From a virus: DNA of 64,000 bases. The DNA is taken from the IMG/VR virus record IMGVR_UViG_3300049855_000348, positions 1 to 64,000 of that record, one strand, 5' to 3'. This document shows, one piece after another, positions 1-8,625 of this stretch. The position numbers and the translations under genes are program-made. How positions within the stretch are numbered: position 1 is the stretch's first letter; each line of letters opens with the position of its first letter. The notes beneath the pieces were generated by a model. The model made no database searches and was not told where the DNA came from. It saw only the letters and a program-made list of their open reading frames with translations.

Positions 1-170
1 TCAAGCTCAAGCTCGTCAAGCTCAAGCTCGTCAAGCTCAAGCTCGTCAAGCTCAAGCTCGTCAAGCTCAAGCTCGTCAAGCTCAAGCTCGTCAAGCTCAA
101 GCTCGTCAAGCTCAAGCTCGTCAAGCTCTTCTTCGTCCTCAAGCTCAAGCTCAAGTTCTTCGTCTTCTGA
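1..170. repeat. Perfect 15-bp tandem repeat (TCAAGCTCAAGCTCG x8, nt 1-120) decaying into imperfect Ser codons to about nt 170; continues off the window's left edge
   Basis: Read directly. The period of 15 nt equals 5 Ser codons, in frame with the 1..435 ORF. Confidence 0.95.
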
Positions 171-435
171 TTGCACCTTGCCTAGTATGATTAGTGATAG
201 TACCGCATATGGTACACAGGGTGTGCCGTTTAGCTTCTTCTTGGTATTCTCACCGGGTCCTATTACTTCTTATTCATACTCACCAATGCCACCGGGTCTT
301 TCCTTGAATAGCTCTACCGGTGAAATCTCTGGTACACCATCAGCTACGACAGTAAGTGCTGGTCTTGCGAGTGCGAATAATAGTTGTGGTAACGGTTATG
401 ACGGACTTACCATTATTATTAGTGGTGGATCCTAA
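1..435 (+). CDS. 3' part of a surface/fiber-like protein: poly-Ser linker followed by a putative Ig (He_PIG-like) domain (5' partial)
   Basis: Frame 1 is open from nt 1 to TAA 433-435. About 57 consecutive Ser are followed by ...PMPPGLSLNSSTGEISGTPSATT..., a signature typical of putative Ig domains. Codon usage is AT-richer than in neighbouring genes. Confidence 0.6.
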   Translation, partial: SSSSSSSSSSSSSSSSSSSSSSSSSSSSSSSSSSSSSSSSSSSSSSSSSSSSSSSSDCTLPSMISDSTAYGTQGVPFSFFLVFSPGPITSYSYSPMPPGLSLNSSTGEISGTPSATTVSAGLASANNSCGNGYDGLTIIISGGS

Positions 436-438
436 CAA

Positions 439-1506
439 CTAATCGCAGCAGTTTACTTCACACTGATATTTGATCATCGGAACACCGCTGAGCAGTCCGC
501 GATTGTTGAACAGTTTGATCCAACCAGAAAGCTGTTCGGTATTCACACGAACGCCAGCAATGGCAATTTCGCTGAGCAGCGAGTTGGTGAGGAAGAGTTC
601 ACCGCACTGCCCCTGAACATGCAGGGCATAGTCCGCATTCTCGAATGAGCAGCGATCGATACAGACGCTGTGGTGAACGGCATCGGTAACGGTGATCAGT
701 GCGGGATTGTTGACTGCGCTGCCAAGCGTCAAACGACGGTAGAGACCGCCGTAATGAATGTTCAGCAATGGCTGACCGTTGATGGCTTTGGTGAAGTTGA
801 TGCGATCGAGCAGGCAGCCGATGCGCTCGAAGTATTGACGGCTCAGACTGCTTGGAGGGTAAGCGGTGGTCTCTTTGTAAGAAACCAGACTGTACTCGAT
901 GTCCAGACATGGAATGCAGTTCGTGATGCTCGCCGGCTTGTTGGTTTCCACGTTTCCAAGACGAGCACGATCAACGATGAGCGACATGCGATTCAGCGTG
1001 GTATCGAGACCGTCAGCGGTATTGGCAGCAGTGAGTTCGTTGCCGCTCATCTCGATATCGAGAGGAACACCCTGAATCTTCTTGAGCGTTACTTGACCAT
1101 TACCACACAGTAAGAGTTTGCCGTAGCCTTCGGTGACGATGCCGTTGAATTCAACGTCATTTTCCGGCGAGCGGAAGAAGATACCCTGTGCCGCAATGGT
1201 GACACCGGCGAAGTAGAATTTGCACTGACCAACCGCACTGAAGTAGAGGAAGTATTGGCTGGTCATCACCAGACGAGCCTGCAACCACCCCTGATCGCTG
1301 GTGGTGATGGTGATAACGCTGTTCACCTGACGCAGGATGCTCAGGAAGATGTTCGCCACTTCATGATCACCGGGTCCGAGTAAAATGCGGTAATTCTCGG
1401 TATCCGAAACGATGTAGTTGTTGAAATCGGAGACGATCTGAAGCAGACACAGATTCAGTGTCGGGAAATCACCAGAGCCATCGACGTTGATGTGGTAGGT
1501 GATCAT
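439..1506 (-). CDS. hypothetical protein (beta-rich, fiber/spike-module neighbour)
   Basis: 355-aa ORF. Its ATG overlaps the stop of the upstream 1503..3110 gene (ATGA). Confidence 0.55.
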   Translation of the reverse strand: MITYHINVDGSGDFPTLNLCLLQIVSDFNNYIVSDTENYRILLGPGDHEVANIFLSILRQVNSVITITTSDQGWLQARLVMTSQYFLYFSAVGQCKFYFAGVTIAAQGIFFRSPENDVEFNGIVTEGYGKLLLCGNGQVTLKKIQGVPLDIEMSGNELTAANTADGLDTTLNRMSLIVDRARLGNVETNKPASITNCIPCLDIEYSLVSYKETTAYPPSSLSRQYFERIGCLLDRINFTKAINGQPLLNIHYGGLYRRLTLGSAVNNPALITVTDAVHHSVCIDRCSFENADYALHVQGQCGELFLTNSLLSEIAIAGVRVNTEQLSGWIKLFNNRGLLSGVPMIKYQCEVNCCD

Positions 1507-3110
1507 GGGTAGCTCAGCGGATTGTCTTTGAGGAGGCCGTTCTTATCGCATGGGCCACACCACGTGCGCAGTTGGAACTTGGCTCCCGCCTCGTTGTAAA
1601 CCATCAGGTTCGACCAACCGTCTTCACCGGCCTGACTATGCACGTGCTGGATGAACACTGGCAGCGATGGATCGCAAGTCTCCATACCCAGTGGTTCGAG
1701 GCAGAAGAGGAAGCGAGCGCAGCATGGGCCACCGATCACGTTATTGATGGCGTAGCTGTTGAGGTCGGTGTACTTGGTGACGTTGGCGTAGACATCCGGA
1801 TTCGTCGGATCAGCCAGACGAGAGTGGAGATCTTGACCGAGCTTCTGCCACTCGCTGAGCGTCATGTACTCTGGCATTCCAAATGGACCACTGATCCAGT
1901 GGACAACCGGCTGTGAAGCGAGTTGATAGAAGACGTTGTAGTCAGAGTAGACGTGGTTGAGGTCGATCTGACCGACGATGGTGATCGGTACTTCATAGTT
2001 CTCGACGACAACGGGAACCACCGCTGGAATCGTCACGAGAGCGCCGGCAGCGACCATCGACGAAGGGTTGAGGAACACCAGACGCTCAAGTGCGATGTCG
2101 GCGAGTTCCTTTTTCGAGTTGGCGAAACGGAACAGTGAGAAACGACCGAGCCATTCATAACCGCCTGCGGCAGCATTGGCGAAGGTCATCGGAGTTTCAG
2201 TGTTGAGACCGGAGTTGATGTTGGCGAGATCGGTCGTGGCCAGGACAGAATCGAAGTAGACCTTCAAACCGTCAGCAGCCAGAACGATTCCGATGTGATG
2301 CCAGCCGAGATCACCAAGTGCTGGAACCAGGGTGTCTGTTACGAGAGCCCCGTTGACGACACGAAGCGTGAGTGGACCGAAACTGTCTTGGCTGATCAGT
2401 ACCTGAAATTTCTGTGGGCTGGTCAGATCAATCGACGAAATCAACGCAGAGAAACCGGAACCAGGGTTGGCTGCATGTTTGATCCAACCAGTGATGGAGA
2501 ACGAGTCCTCCATGCGTACCTGTGGGAAGTTGATCTTGGTCGCAATTGTGATCTTGCCGCATGGCAGACCGTTGAGTCCAGCCTCTTCGGTAACTGCTCC
2601 CAGGATGATCACGCCATCGTTGTTGGCGGGGGTCAGGTCATGAACGTAGGAGCCATCAACTTCGCCGAGAGTAACGATGTCTTCATCGATCGCCCAGGTA
2701 GCACTTGGTTCGGGCTGGGCGGGGTCACTTTGGGTACGACCGCAGTACAGGTAGATCAGGGTGTCTGCTACGCTGCTGATGACTGGGATCTTCACCCATA
2801 CCATCAGGTGACCGGTGACCGGATCGTAGACTTGGACCTTGCAGGGGATGTGGTCGATCTGATTGGAGTCGGTGAAGGCGATATCACTGCCATCACTGTT
2901 GACGACGTTGCCGCCATTGGCGATCGTCCGTAGACCGGCGTCGGTGATATCCACCAAGATGACGTAGTTGGTGCGATCAACTAAGAAATTCACCGAATCG
3001 ATGGTGATCGGCATACGGTGGGTGTAGCCACCGAGCAGATACCCTGCGGGGTTCGAGATCGTCTTCCTGTGGGGGAGGAAGGCGTGGTTCTTGATCGTTA
3101 CGTCGGGCAC
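1503..3110 (-). CDS. DUF2341 plus LamG/concanavalin-like lectin domain protein (receptor-binding/tail-fiber candidate)
   Basis: 535-aa ORF. The N-terminus (ITIDS..NFLV..DGSDIAFTD..VWVKIP..LYLYCG) resembles DUF2341. The central part (FSITGWIK...WHHIGIVL...KVYFDS) resembles LamG. The GTG start is preceded by CTGCTAGATAAGGC. Confidence 0.6.
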   Translation of the reverse strand: MPDVTIKNHAFLPHRKTISNPAGYLLGGYTHRMPITIDSVNFLVDRTNYVILVDITDAGLRTIANGGNVVNSDGSDIAFTDSNQIDHIPCKVQVYDPVTGHLMVWVKIPVISSVADTLIYLYCGRTQSDPAQPEPSATWAIDEDIVTLGEVDGSYVHDLTPANNDGVIILGAVTEEAGLNGLPCGKITIATKINFPQVRMEDSFSITGWIKHAANPGSGFSALISSIDLTSPQKFQVLISQDSFGPLTLRVVNGALVTDTLVPALGDLGWHHIGIVLAADGLKVYFDSVLATTDLANINSGLNTETPMTFANAAAGGYEWLGRFSLFRFANSKKELADIALERLVFLNPSSMVAAGALVTIPAVVPVVVENYEVPITIVGQIDLNHVYSDYNVFYQLASQPVVHWISGPFGMPEYMTLSEWQKLGQDLHSRLADPTNPDVYANVTKYTDLNSYAINNVIGGPCCARFLFCLEPLGMETCDPSLPVFIQHVHSQAGEDGWSNLMVYNEAGAKFQLRTWCGPCDKNGLLKDNPLSYP

Positions 3111-3113
3111 GCC

Positions 3114-3121
3114 TTATCTAG
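3114..3121 (-). promoter_or_regulatory. CTAGATAA start-proximal box (class II motif)
   Basis: Minus strand reads ctgCTAGATAAggcGTG, ending at the GTG start at 3110. Confidence 0.45.
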
Positions 3122-3128
3122 CAGTCAA

Positions 3129-3698
3129 TCAACCAAAACGGCAAACGGGAGTCAGTTCACAGGAGCTTTGCGTGGTGGCCTTACGAGCCTGTTCCTGGGT
3201 ATGCAGTGCCTGAGAGACCTCTTCGGCTTGCAAACGCTGGTTGTTGACCAGTGAATGGGTAGACACCCGAGCGACGAAGTCGGCCAGATCAAGCTCAATA
3301 CGGTTGAAGACTTCGGCCTTGATGTGAGCCTTGTCCAGGCACTCCTGCGCACCGGCAGGATCCTGGGTGTAGACGGTCAGGAAGGCAGAGGGGTCGAGGT
3401 CGGTGATGTTCAGCAGGAGGTTGAGGGCGGTACCATCCATCTCAACCCGGTCGATCATCTCCAGGTATTTGTACTCGTTCGATTCCGGATCAGTCGTCCA
3501 CCAGGAGGTCACGACGATGCGCGGGCGGATGCCAGCCTTGAAGAGACGCCAGTAGAGTCCGATAGCTTCGACTTGTGAGTCAGAGGTGTGTACCGTGGCT
3601 CCAAGCCCTTCAAACATTCGTGTGAGGGCTTTGGAGGTTCTTTTATCACTCATCAACAGCAGGACATGAGCATCATGCAGGATAGAGATGGTATTCAT
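3129..3698 (-). CDS. CheY-like receiver-fold protein with a degenerate phospho-acceptor site
   Basis: 189 aa. HVLLLMSDKRTSKAL...RPRIVVTSWW...EMDGTALNLLLNI follows the receiver-domain pattern, but SD replaces DD and TS replaces the phospho-Asp. AAGGTGA lies upstream of the ATG. Confidence 0.4.
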   Translation of the reverse strand: MNTISILHDAHVLLLMSDKRTSKALTRMFEGLGATVHTSDSQVEAIGLYWRLFKAGIRPRIVVTSWWTTDPESNEYKYLEMIDRVEMDGTALNLLLNITDLDPSAFLTVYTQDPAGAQECLDKAHIKAEVFNRIELDLADFVARVSTHSLVNNQRLQAEEVSQALHTQEQARKATTQSSCELTPVCRFG

Positions 3699-3704
3699 GA
3701 GGTT

Positions 3705-4262
3705 TCACCTTGGCCGTTTTTGGAAATGCGAAACTTCAGCTTCGAGTCTGGCGATGTCTTGCAGAGCGCCATCGTTTTTATCAACGAGGTTCTGCAATGT
3801 ACTCTTCAGGTTCGAGATCTCATTGGTGGTTGTGGCCTCACTGCGTAAAAGACTGCGAACATCGTCTCTCAACGTGTCCCAGTCTTGACGCTGTGTTTGC
3901 AAACCAGAGATGAGAATCTGAAGACGTGATTCAAGATTCTGTTGCTGTGCGAAATGATTCTGTTGTTCAATGGCACGATCATCAAGACGTTGGTGGATAC
4001 GAGTGATCGCAGCATTGAATTCATTACGAATTATTTCTGAAACATCATCATTACTCTCATTCAGATCGACCTTCACCTGATTGAGATGTTCTTTGACGAT
4101 AGAAGAGATCTTCTCTTCGTGTGGATTTGCTTCCTGATATTTCAGGATCTGTTCGAGCTTGGTGTTGACCTCGCCTTTCCAGATGCCGGCCTGAAAGATC
4201 CAGACAACACATCCACCGCCAGTGATCAGGGCGATGATCGAGATAACGAGGTTCCAGTCCAT
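3705..4262 (-). CDS. N-terminally membrane-anchored coiled-coil protein
   Basis: 185 aa with a hydrophobic N-terminus (WNLVISIIALITGGGCVVWIF) followed by heptad-like Q/E/L-rich sequence. Confidence 0.5.
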   Translation of the reverse strand: MDWNLVISIIALITGGGCVVWIFQAGIWKGEVNTKLEQILKYQEANPHEEKISSIVKEHLNQVKVDLNESNDDVSEIIRNEFNAAITRIHQRLDDRAIEQQNHFAQQQNLESRLQILISGLQTQRQDWDTLRDDVRSLLRSEATTTNEISNLKSTLQNLVDKNDGALQDIARLEAEVSHFQKRPR

Positions 4263-4272
4263 GACCTATGTA

Positions 4273-5031
4273 TCAGATCACTGTGTCGAATCTGGTGACA
4301 TATGCGACCCATCCGGTCGACAGAGCAGTGAGGACCAATGTGAAGTTGGGAGCGTTGTAGACCACAGAAGCAGACACATCAAAAGTGCCACCGGAATCCG
4401 GATGATTGAGGTAATCACTGATCAGGTATGAGAACTGATTGGCCGCACGCATGATGAGGGTCAGTTTGTAGCTTTCCATCACGCCATCTTTTCGCAGGAT
4501 GATGTCGTAGACGGTCTTGTGCAGGGTTCCTTCGGCGATCGAATCGATGTAATTTTCACCAACAGAAAGCGGTACTGGTGCCGGTGTCGCATTTCCGATC
4601 GGCAACACAGACCGCTCTGTCAGTACCTTGATTCCAGTGCCGATGAGCGGGTAGATCATCCCGCCTTCGCCAATCACGTAGAAGTGTAGATCGCTAGATC
4701 CATTGGGGGTGAACGGCAACACCGCCTCATAGACTCGGCCCACCACGAAGCCAGCAGGCATGACCTCTCTACTGCCAGACTTCCTTGGCAGGACGATGCA
4801 CTGACCGATAGCACGGATGGCGACGATCTTCACAGCGTCGTAGCGCAGTGGGTAGATCATCCCAGCTTCGCCGACCACGTAGAAGTGCAGGTCGCTGGAG
4901 CCGTTTGGGGTGAATGATCCGACGATCGGGTAACGGGTACCAATCTTGAAACCAGCCGGCAGCACCGTCCGTGTCCCCGACTTCCGGGGCAGTACCATAC
5001 AGAGCCCGCTGATTGTCGTGTTTACATCCAC
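4273..5031 (-). CDS. hypothetical protein with an internal tandem duplication of about 57 aa
   Basis: 252 aa. The two repeats are LPRKSGTRTVLPAGF..FTPNGSSDLHFYVVGEAGMIYPL and LPRKSGSREVMPAGF..FTPNGSSDLHFYVIGEGGMIYPL. The GTG start is preceded by a CTAGATAG box. Confidence 0.55.
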   Translation of the reverse strand: MDVNTTISGLCMVLPRKSGTRTVLPAGFKIGTRYPIVGSFTPNGSSDLHFYVVGEAGMIYPLRYDAVKIVAIRAIGQCIVLPRKSGSREVMPAGFVVGRVYEAVLPFTPNGSSDLHFYVIGEGGMIYPLIGTGIKVLTERSVLPIGNATPAPVPLSVGENYIDSIAEGTLHKTVYDIILRKDGVMESYKLTLIMRAANQFSYLISDYLNHPDSGGTFDVSASVVYNAPNFTLVLTALSTGWVAYVTRFDTVI

Positions 5032-5034
5032 GAT

Positions 5035-5042
5035 CTATCTAG
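5035..5042 (-). promoter_or_regulatory. CTAGATAG start-proximal box (class II motif)
   Basis: Minus strand reads aagCTAGATAGatcGTG, ending at the start at 5031. The TAG is also the stop of the 5035..5310 ORF. Confidence 0.4.
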
Positions 5043-5310
5043 CTTTCAATTTGCCACAGCCGCAGGACTTGGAACGACCAGAATAGAGATTTCCCGACAA
5101 AATCAGCACTTCTTTTCCGCAGTCACACCGGCATGCCCAGGCGCGGGAACGTGGGTGGTGCATCGTCACTGGAGCCAGGGCGACCAGCTTTCCGAAGCGT
5201 TGGCCTGTCACATCTTTGGCTCTCACACAACTATGTATGTTGGTTCCGTAGATAAGAATCCCAAGCCTCCACATCCTCCTGAAGGAAAGTCCCATGACCG
5301 AAACCACCAA
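5035..5310 (-). CDS. small Cys-rich (zinc-ribbon-like) protein; start uncertain
   Basis: GQRFGKLVAL...WACRCDCGKEV...SKSCGCGK follows the pattern of a common small phage/bacterial Cys-cluster protein. An alternative GTG start at 5211 would avoid overlap with the divergent 5294 gene. Confidence 0.4.
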   Translation of the reverse strand: MVVSVMGLSFRRMWRLGILIYGTNIHSCVRAKDVTGQRFGKLVALAPVTMHHPRSRAWACRCDCGKEVLILSGNLYSGRSKSCGCGKLKAR

Positions 5311-5722
5311 TGCCTACTACACCGACAAGACGCCGCCGCTCATCAAGATGACGGCGTTCACGGATCTGAGCGAGCAGGAAGTCGCCAAGATGCGCTCCTT
5401 CCGCACGGTGTCCGACCCCCTGATCCAGCCCGGTGAAGTGTTCTTCTACATGCCCAACAGTGGCGGTGCGAAGAACATCGAGGGTGATGATCGCTTCTGG
5501 GAGTCGAACAAGCGCATCAGCGCGGCCTTCCTCAACGAAGCGAATCCGATGAACCGTCGTAAGGTCGAAACCCTCCAGTCCAACGGTTCTTCGGTCACCG
5601 AGTTCCGTGAACTCGCTGCCACTGCCGCCCATGCCAACGATCAGCGTTGCATCAAGGTCATGTGGCTCAACCCGGTCACCAGCCCGGACTCCTTTGTCCA
5701 GGTCCGTGTCAACCTGAAGTGA
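5294..5722 (+). CDS. hypothetical protein (first gene of the plus-strand virion/tail block)
   Basis: 142-aa ORF with GAAGGAAAG upstream of the ATG. It is followed by a 12-bp stem-loop. Confidence 0.55.
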   Translation: MTETTNAYYTDKTPPLIKMTAFTDLSEQEVAKMRSFRTVSDPLIQPGEVFFYMPNSGGAKNIEGDDRFWESNKRISAAFLNEANPMNRRKVETLQSNGSSVTEFRELAATAAHANDQRCIKVMWLNPVTSPDSFVQVRVNLK

Positions 5723-5729
5723 TCCCTGT

Positions 5730-5762
5730 CTCGGGCGGTGGTTCTAACAGCCACCGCCCGAG
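5730..5762 (+). other. intergenic stem-loop (12-bp perfect stem, 9-nt loop) without a T-tract
   Basis: CTCGGGCGGTGG-ttctaacag-CCACCGCCCGAG, read directly. It abuts the GTAGATAA box of the next gene. Confidence 0.7.
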
Positions 5763-5770
5763 GTAGATAA
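5763..5770 (+). promoter_or_regulatory. GTAGATAA start-proximal box (class II motif)
   Basis: gGTAGATAAaccATG, ending at the start at 5774. Confidence 0.4.
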
Positions 5771-5773
5771 ACC

Positions 5774-6520
5774 ATGCCGATTTTCCCACGCGACAACGCC
5801 CGTTACGGTGATCCTGTGCGTCTCAACGCACAGTTCTTCAGTGGCGGTGTCTTGTTTGATCCGCCCATTCTTGAACGGGTCGAGATCTATCGTGGCGGAG
5901 ACGGTACCGAGAATGGTGGTGTCCTGGTCGATACGGTCGACAGCGCCAACATTTTCCAGACCGATGTGGGTCTCTACTACATCATCCTCGATCTGCTCTA
6001 CCATGCGTCGCCTTCGCCGGCACCGCTCTCGCCTGAAGATCCCGCTGCCATCATTCCGCAGATGCGGTACTATGATCGCTGGATCTACCGTGAAGAGGTT
6101 GACGGTCCCGAAGTCCACAGCGTTGGTCTGAGCTTCTACCTCTATCCGAGTGGTTCATTCGTCTGTGATGACACCTCGAAGTGGCGCTTCGAGATGAAGC
6201 CCGATCGCAAGCGTATCGTCAAGGGCGAGAACCTGGACATTCGTTTGCAGATCATCCCGGTACCGCTCTACCGCAGCCGCCGCGAGCCGATCGTCGACTA
6301 CCTGATGCCCATCAGCACGATGCGGTACCGGCTGATTGACGTTCAGAACAATCAACTGGTCGACTGGACCACGATTGCATTCACTGGCAAGGAAGGCATC
6401 CTGCCAACCAACATCTTCGCCGCCCTGCAACTCGGCGAGTACCACGTCATTGCCGAACTCACCCTTCCAAACGGTCAGTCAGTCAGATACCCACGTCTCC
6501 CCGTGATGCTTGTCGACTGA
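5774..6520 (+). CDS. hypothetical virion-module protein
   Basis: 248-aa ORF, tightly spaced in a co-oriented block. Confidence 0.6.
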   Translation: MPIFPRDNARYGDPVRLNAQFFSGGVLFDPPILERVEIYRGGDGTENGGVLVDTVDSANIFQTDVGLYYIILDLLYHASPSPAPLSPEDPAAIIPQMRYYDRWIYREEVDGPEVHSVGLSFYLYPSGSFVCDDTSKWRFEMKPDRKRIVKGENLDIRLQIIPVPLYRSRREPIVDYLMPISTMRYRLIDVQNNQLVDWTTIAFTGKEGILPTNIFAALQLGEYHVIAELTLPNGQSVRYPRLPVMLVD

Positions 6521-6524
6521 CACC

Positions 6525-6532
6525 CTAGATAA
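6525..6532 (+). promoter_or_regulatory. CTAGATAA box (class II motif), here 21 nt upstream of the ATG with an intervening GAGAGG Shine-Dalgarno
   Basis: cCTAGATAAaacatcGAGAGGccaaagccATG (start 6553). Confidence 0.4.
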
Positions 6533-6552
6533 AACATCGAGAGGCCAAAGCC

Positions 6553-7596
6553 ATGCCGACCAAATCTATCATCCACGAGAGCGTCGTCAGCGTCCTGAAG
6601 GAAGCTGGTGTCAAGCCCAAGGGAAGCGGCATCGCCCCCTCGAACCATCGCGGTCTGCTCGCTGAGAGCGGTCGTGCGGAACTGCTCGACAAGAAGTCGG
6701 TGGCAGTCATCAAGATGCAGTCGCATCCGAAGCTGTCGGACTGCTCTTGGGAAGCCAAGACCGTCGCCGAAGCCAAGACCCAGGCGTTCGCCGCCTGCAA
6801 GAAGGCTGGCGGGTTCGCCATCTTCGAGTCGTGCAAGGACGGCGTGCTGACCTGCCGCTTCACCCGCGACGCCGCCAAGGCGACCGTCAAGGATGAGGCC
6901 ACCCTGGCTGCCAGCATCAAGGAAGACGACGAGACCGACGGCACCGGTGAACCGACCGGCGACACCAAGACCGATGTCGAAGCCAAGAACGACAAGGGCG
7001 TCTCCCTCAAGACCGATGTCCAGGTCGACAACAAGGGCGAGAATCTGGCCGAAGGCGAGAACGAAGTCGAGACCAAGAAGATCTTCGTGAACAAAGAGAA
7101 GCTGGCCAAATACAAGGAACTGATGGCCAAGAAGGCGGAAGCCGCCAAGAAGAAGCCGGCCACTGCCGAAGAGAAGAAGGAAGTCGCCGAGCAGATCGCC
7201 GCCATCGACGCCGAACTCGATCAGATCAGCGAAGAGTTCTACAGCACCCGCTCGAAGACCATCACCTTCGTACTCTACGAAGGTGGCGTTGCTGAAGTCC
7301 ACGGCCTCAACGAAGATGAACTGGCTCCGTTCGGCGGCACCGCCCCGGCGATGCCCGTCCGCTACGCCAAGAAGGCCAAGGATGCTGGTCCGAACAGCAA
7401 GGTCGACATGGGCGTGTTCTCGCTCCAGAAGATCGAAGGCATGGCCGCCCAGTCGGCGACCATCCTCACCGGCAAGGACTTCAAGGCCAATGGCTGGGGA
7501 ACCCCGGGCAAGGGCACCGGCAAGCAGGGCAAGTGGTCGGATACGGGCAAGCACCCGCTCGACTCGGCCAAGAAGCTCAAAGCCGGCCAGGAGTGA
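6553..7596 (+). CDS. Lys/Glu/Ala-rich hypothetical protein (scaffold-like composition), probably highly expressed
   Basis: 347-aa ORF with a Shine-Dalgarno sequence. A strong intrinsic terminator follows immediately. Confidence 0.6.
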   Translation: MPTKSIIHESVVSVLKEAGVKPKGSGIAPSNHRGLLAESGRAELLDKKSVAVIKMQSHPKLSDCSWEAKTVAEAKTQAFAACKKAGGFAIFESCKDGVLTCRFTRDAAKATVKDEATLAASIKEDDETDGTGEPTGDTKTDVEAKNDKGVSLKTDVQVDNKGENLAEGENEVETKKIFVNKEKLAKYKELMAKKAEAAKKKPATAEEKKEVAEQIAAIDAELDQISEEFYSTRSKTITFVLYEGGVAEVHGLNEDELAPFGGTAPAMPVRYAKKAKDAGPNSKVDMGVFSLQKIEGMAAQSATILTGKDFKANGWGTPGKGTGKQGKWSDTGKHPLDSAKKLKAGQE

Positions 7597-7604
7597 GCCG
7601 ATCA

Positions 7605-7630
7605 AACCCCGGGTTGCCCCGGGGTTTTTT
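7605..7630 (+). terminator. rho-independent terminator
   Basis: AAACCCCGGG-ttg-CCCCGGGGTTTTTT, 9 nt after the stop of the 6553..7596 gene. Confidence 0.85.
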
Positions 7631-7650
7631 CATGCCTATCGATAAGGGTG

Positions 7651-7678
7651 TTGACTTAGACTAAAGTGTCGCTATACT
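7651..7678 (+). promoter_or_regulatory. class I promoter (TTGACT-N16-TATACT with TAGAC and GTCGC spacer blocks)
   Basis: TTGACTTAGACtaaagtGTCGCTATACT. The downstream gene has an 18-nt leader with GGAG. Confidence 0.75.
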
Positions 7679-7702
7679 GTGCTCATCAACCAAGGAGCAC
7701 TT

Positions 7703-8575
7703 ATGGCCGTCACCGTCAAAGCCTCGTCCGACCTCCAACTCTCGCTGCGCCTGGACAGCAAGCTCGGAGCCGAGAATCCCGCCGCCTTCGGCGTGAAGCG
7801 CGGCTATGACGGTGCCGATCGCTTCTTCCTCAAGCCGGGTGAGACCTACTTCGCCGGTCGCGTGGTACGGGTTCGCAGTCATACGGTGCAGGTGATGTCT
7901 GACGTGTGGGCTGATGAGACCTTGGTTGAGGTGGCTCTGCCCAACGGTCAGGTCGAAGAGATCATCCTCGGCTACAGCGGTGATGCTGAGGTCACGGTTG
8001 ACGCCACTCCAGCGGTGCTCTCGAAGGTCGAGACCTACAAGAACGTCGCCATGAAGCTCGAACAGGCGCTCTCCAAAGCCCAGGCCGAAGTCGACCGTTT
8101 GAAGCCGGCCCTGCGCAAGGGTGGCAAGGCGCTGGCCTTCAAGGGTCGCAAGGTGAAGGTCGGTACCGAGGTCGAGATCTTCTGGTCCGGCACCGTCCGC
8201 AACAAGTTCAACGGCTGCAACGAGCACCGTCTGGGTGTGATCCTGCCCAACGGAGACAAGACCTGGGTCTCGGCTGACAACTTCGAGCCCCTGCCCACCC
8301 CGGCAGAAGTCGCCGCCTACGGGTACGCCCTGAAGTTCCTGGATCTCGCCACGGTCGCCTCCCTGGAAGGTCCGAAGGATGTTGGCGACCTGGGCAACTA
8401 CGAGGAGGCCAAGCTCGCCAACCGTGAAGCTGAAGAGGACCTGCGTCGTCTGATGCCGGCCCGGGTCCGGGCTCGGGAGTTCGTCCGTGGGCAGGATGGC
8501 GATGAGGCTGCAAGCGAGCACGAGCGCCTGTACGCAGCCGAAAGCCGTCAGGAGGTGCAGATGGGGGACTACTGA
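7703..8575 (+). CDS. hypothetical virion-module protein
   Basis: ATG at 7703 preceded by GGAGCAC. The ORF track's GTG at 7679 lies inside the promoter -10 region and was rejected. Confidence 0.6.
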   Translation: MAVTVKASSDLQLSLRLDSKLGAENPAAFGVKRGYDGADRFFLKPGETYFAGRVVRVRSHTVQVMSDVWADETLVEVALPNGQVEEIILGYSGDAEVTVDATPAVLSKVETYKNVAMKLEQALSKAQAEVDRLKPALRKGGKALAFKGRKVKVGTEVEIFWSGTVRNKFNGCNEHRLGVILPNGDKTWVSADNFEPLPTPAEVAAYGYALKFLDLATVASLEGPKDVGDLGNYEEAKLANREAEEDLRRLMPARVRAREFVRGQDGDEAASEHERLYAAESRQEVQMGDY

Positions 8576-8614
8576 GAAAGTCCCGCAAATCGACCGCAAA
8601 GGGGGTTGGCGCTG

Positions 8615-8622
8615 CTAGATAA
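8615..8622 (+). promoter_or_regulatory. CTAGATAA start-proximal box (class II motif)
   Basis: ctgCTAGATAAgccGTG, ending at the start at 8626. Confidence 0.45.
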
Positions 8623-8625
8623 GCC

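Noticed and set aside
1-170. Possible CRISPR array or non-coding satellite at the left edge
   Set aside because: The units are 15 bp with no spacers. They lie in frame in an ORF that continues into a recognisable protein domain, so this is a coding poly-Ser microsatellite.
6475-7605. 376-aa antisense ORF (plus 6525..7205) opposite the 6553..7596 gene
   Set aside because: It is a low-complexity Gly/Leu/Ala/Arg-rich mirror of a GC3-rich coding strand and has no start signals. The sense gene has a Shine-Dalgarno, a motif box and a terminator.
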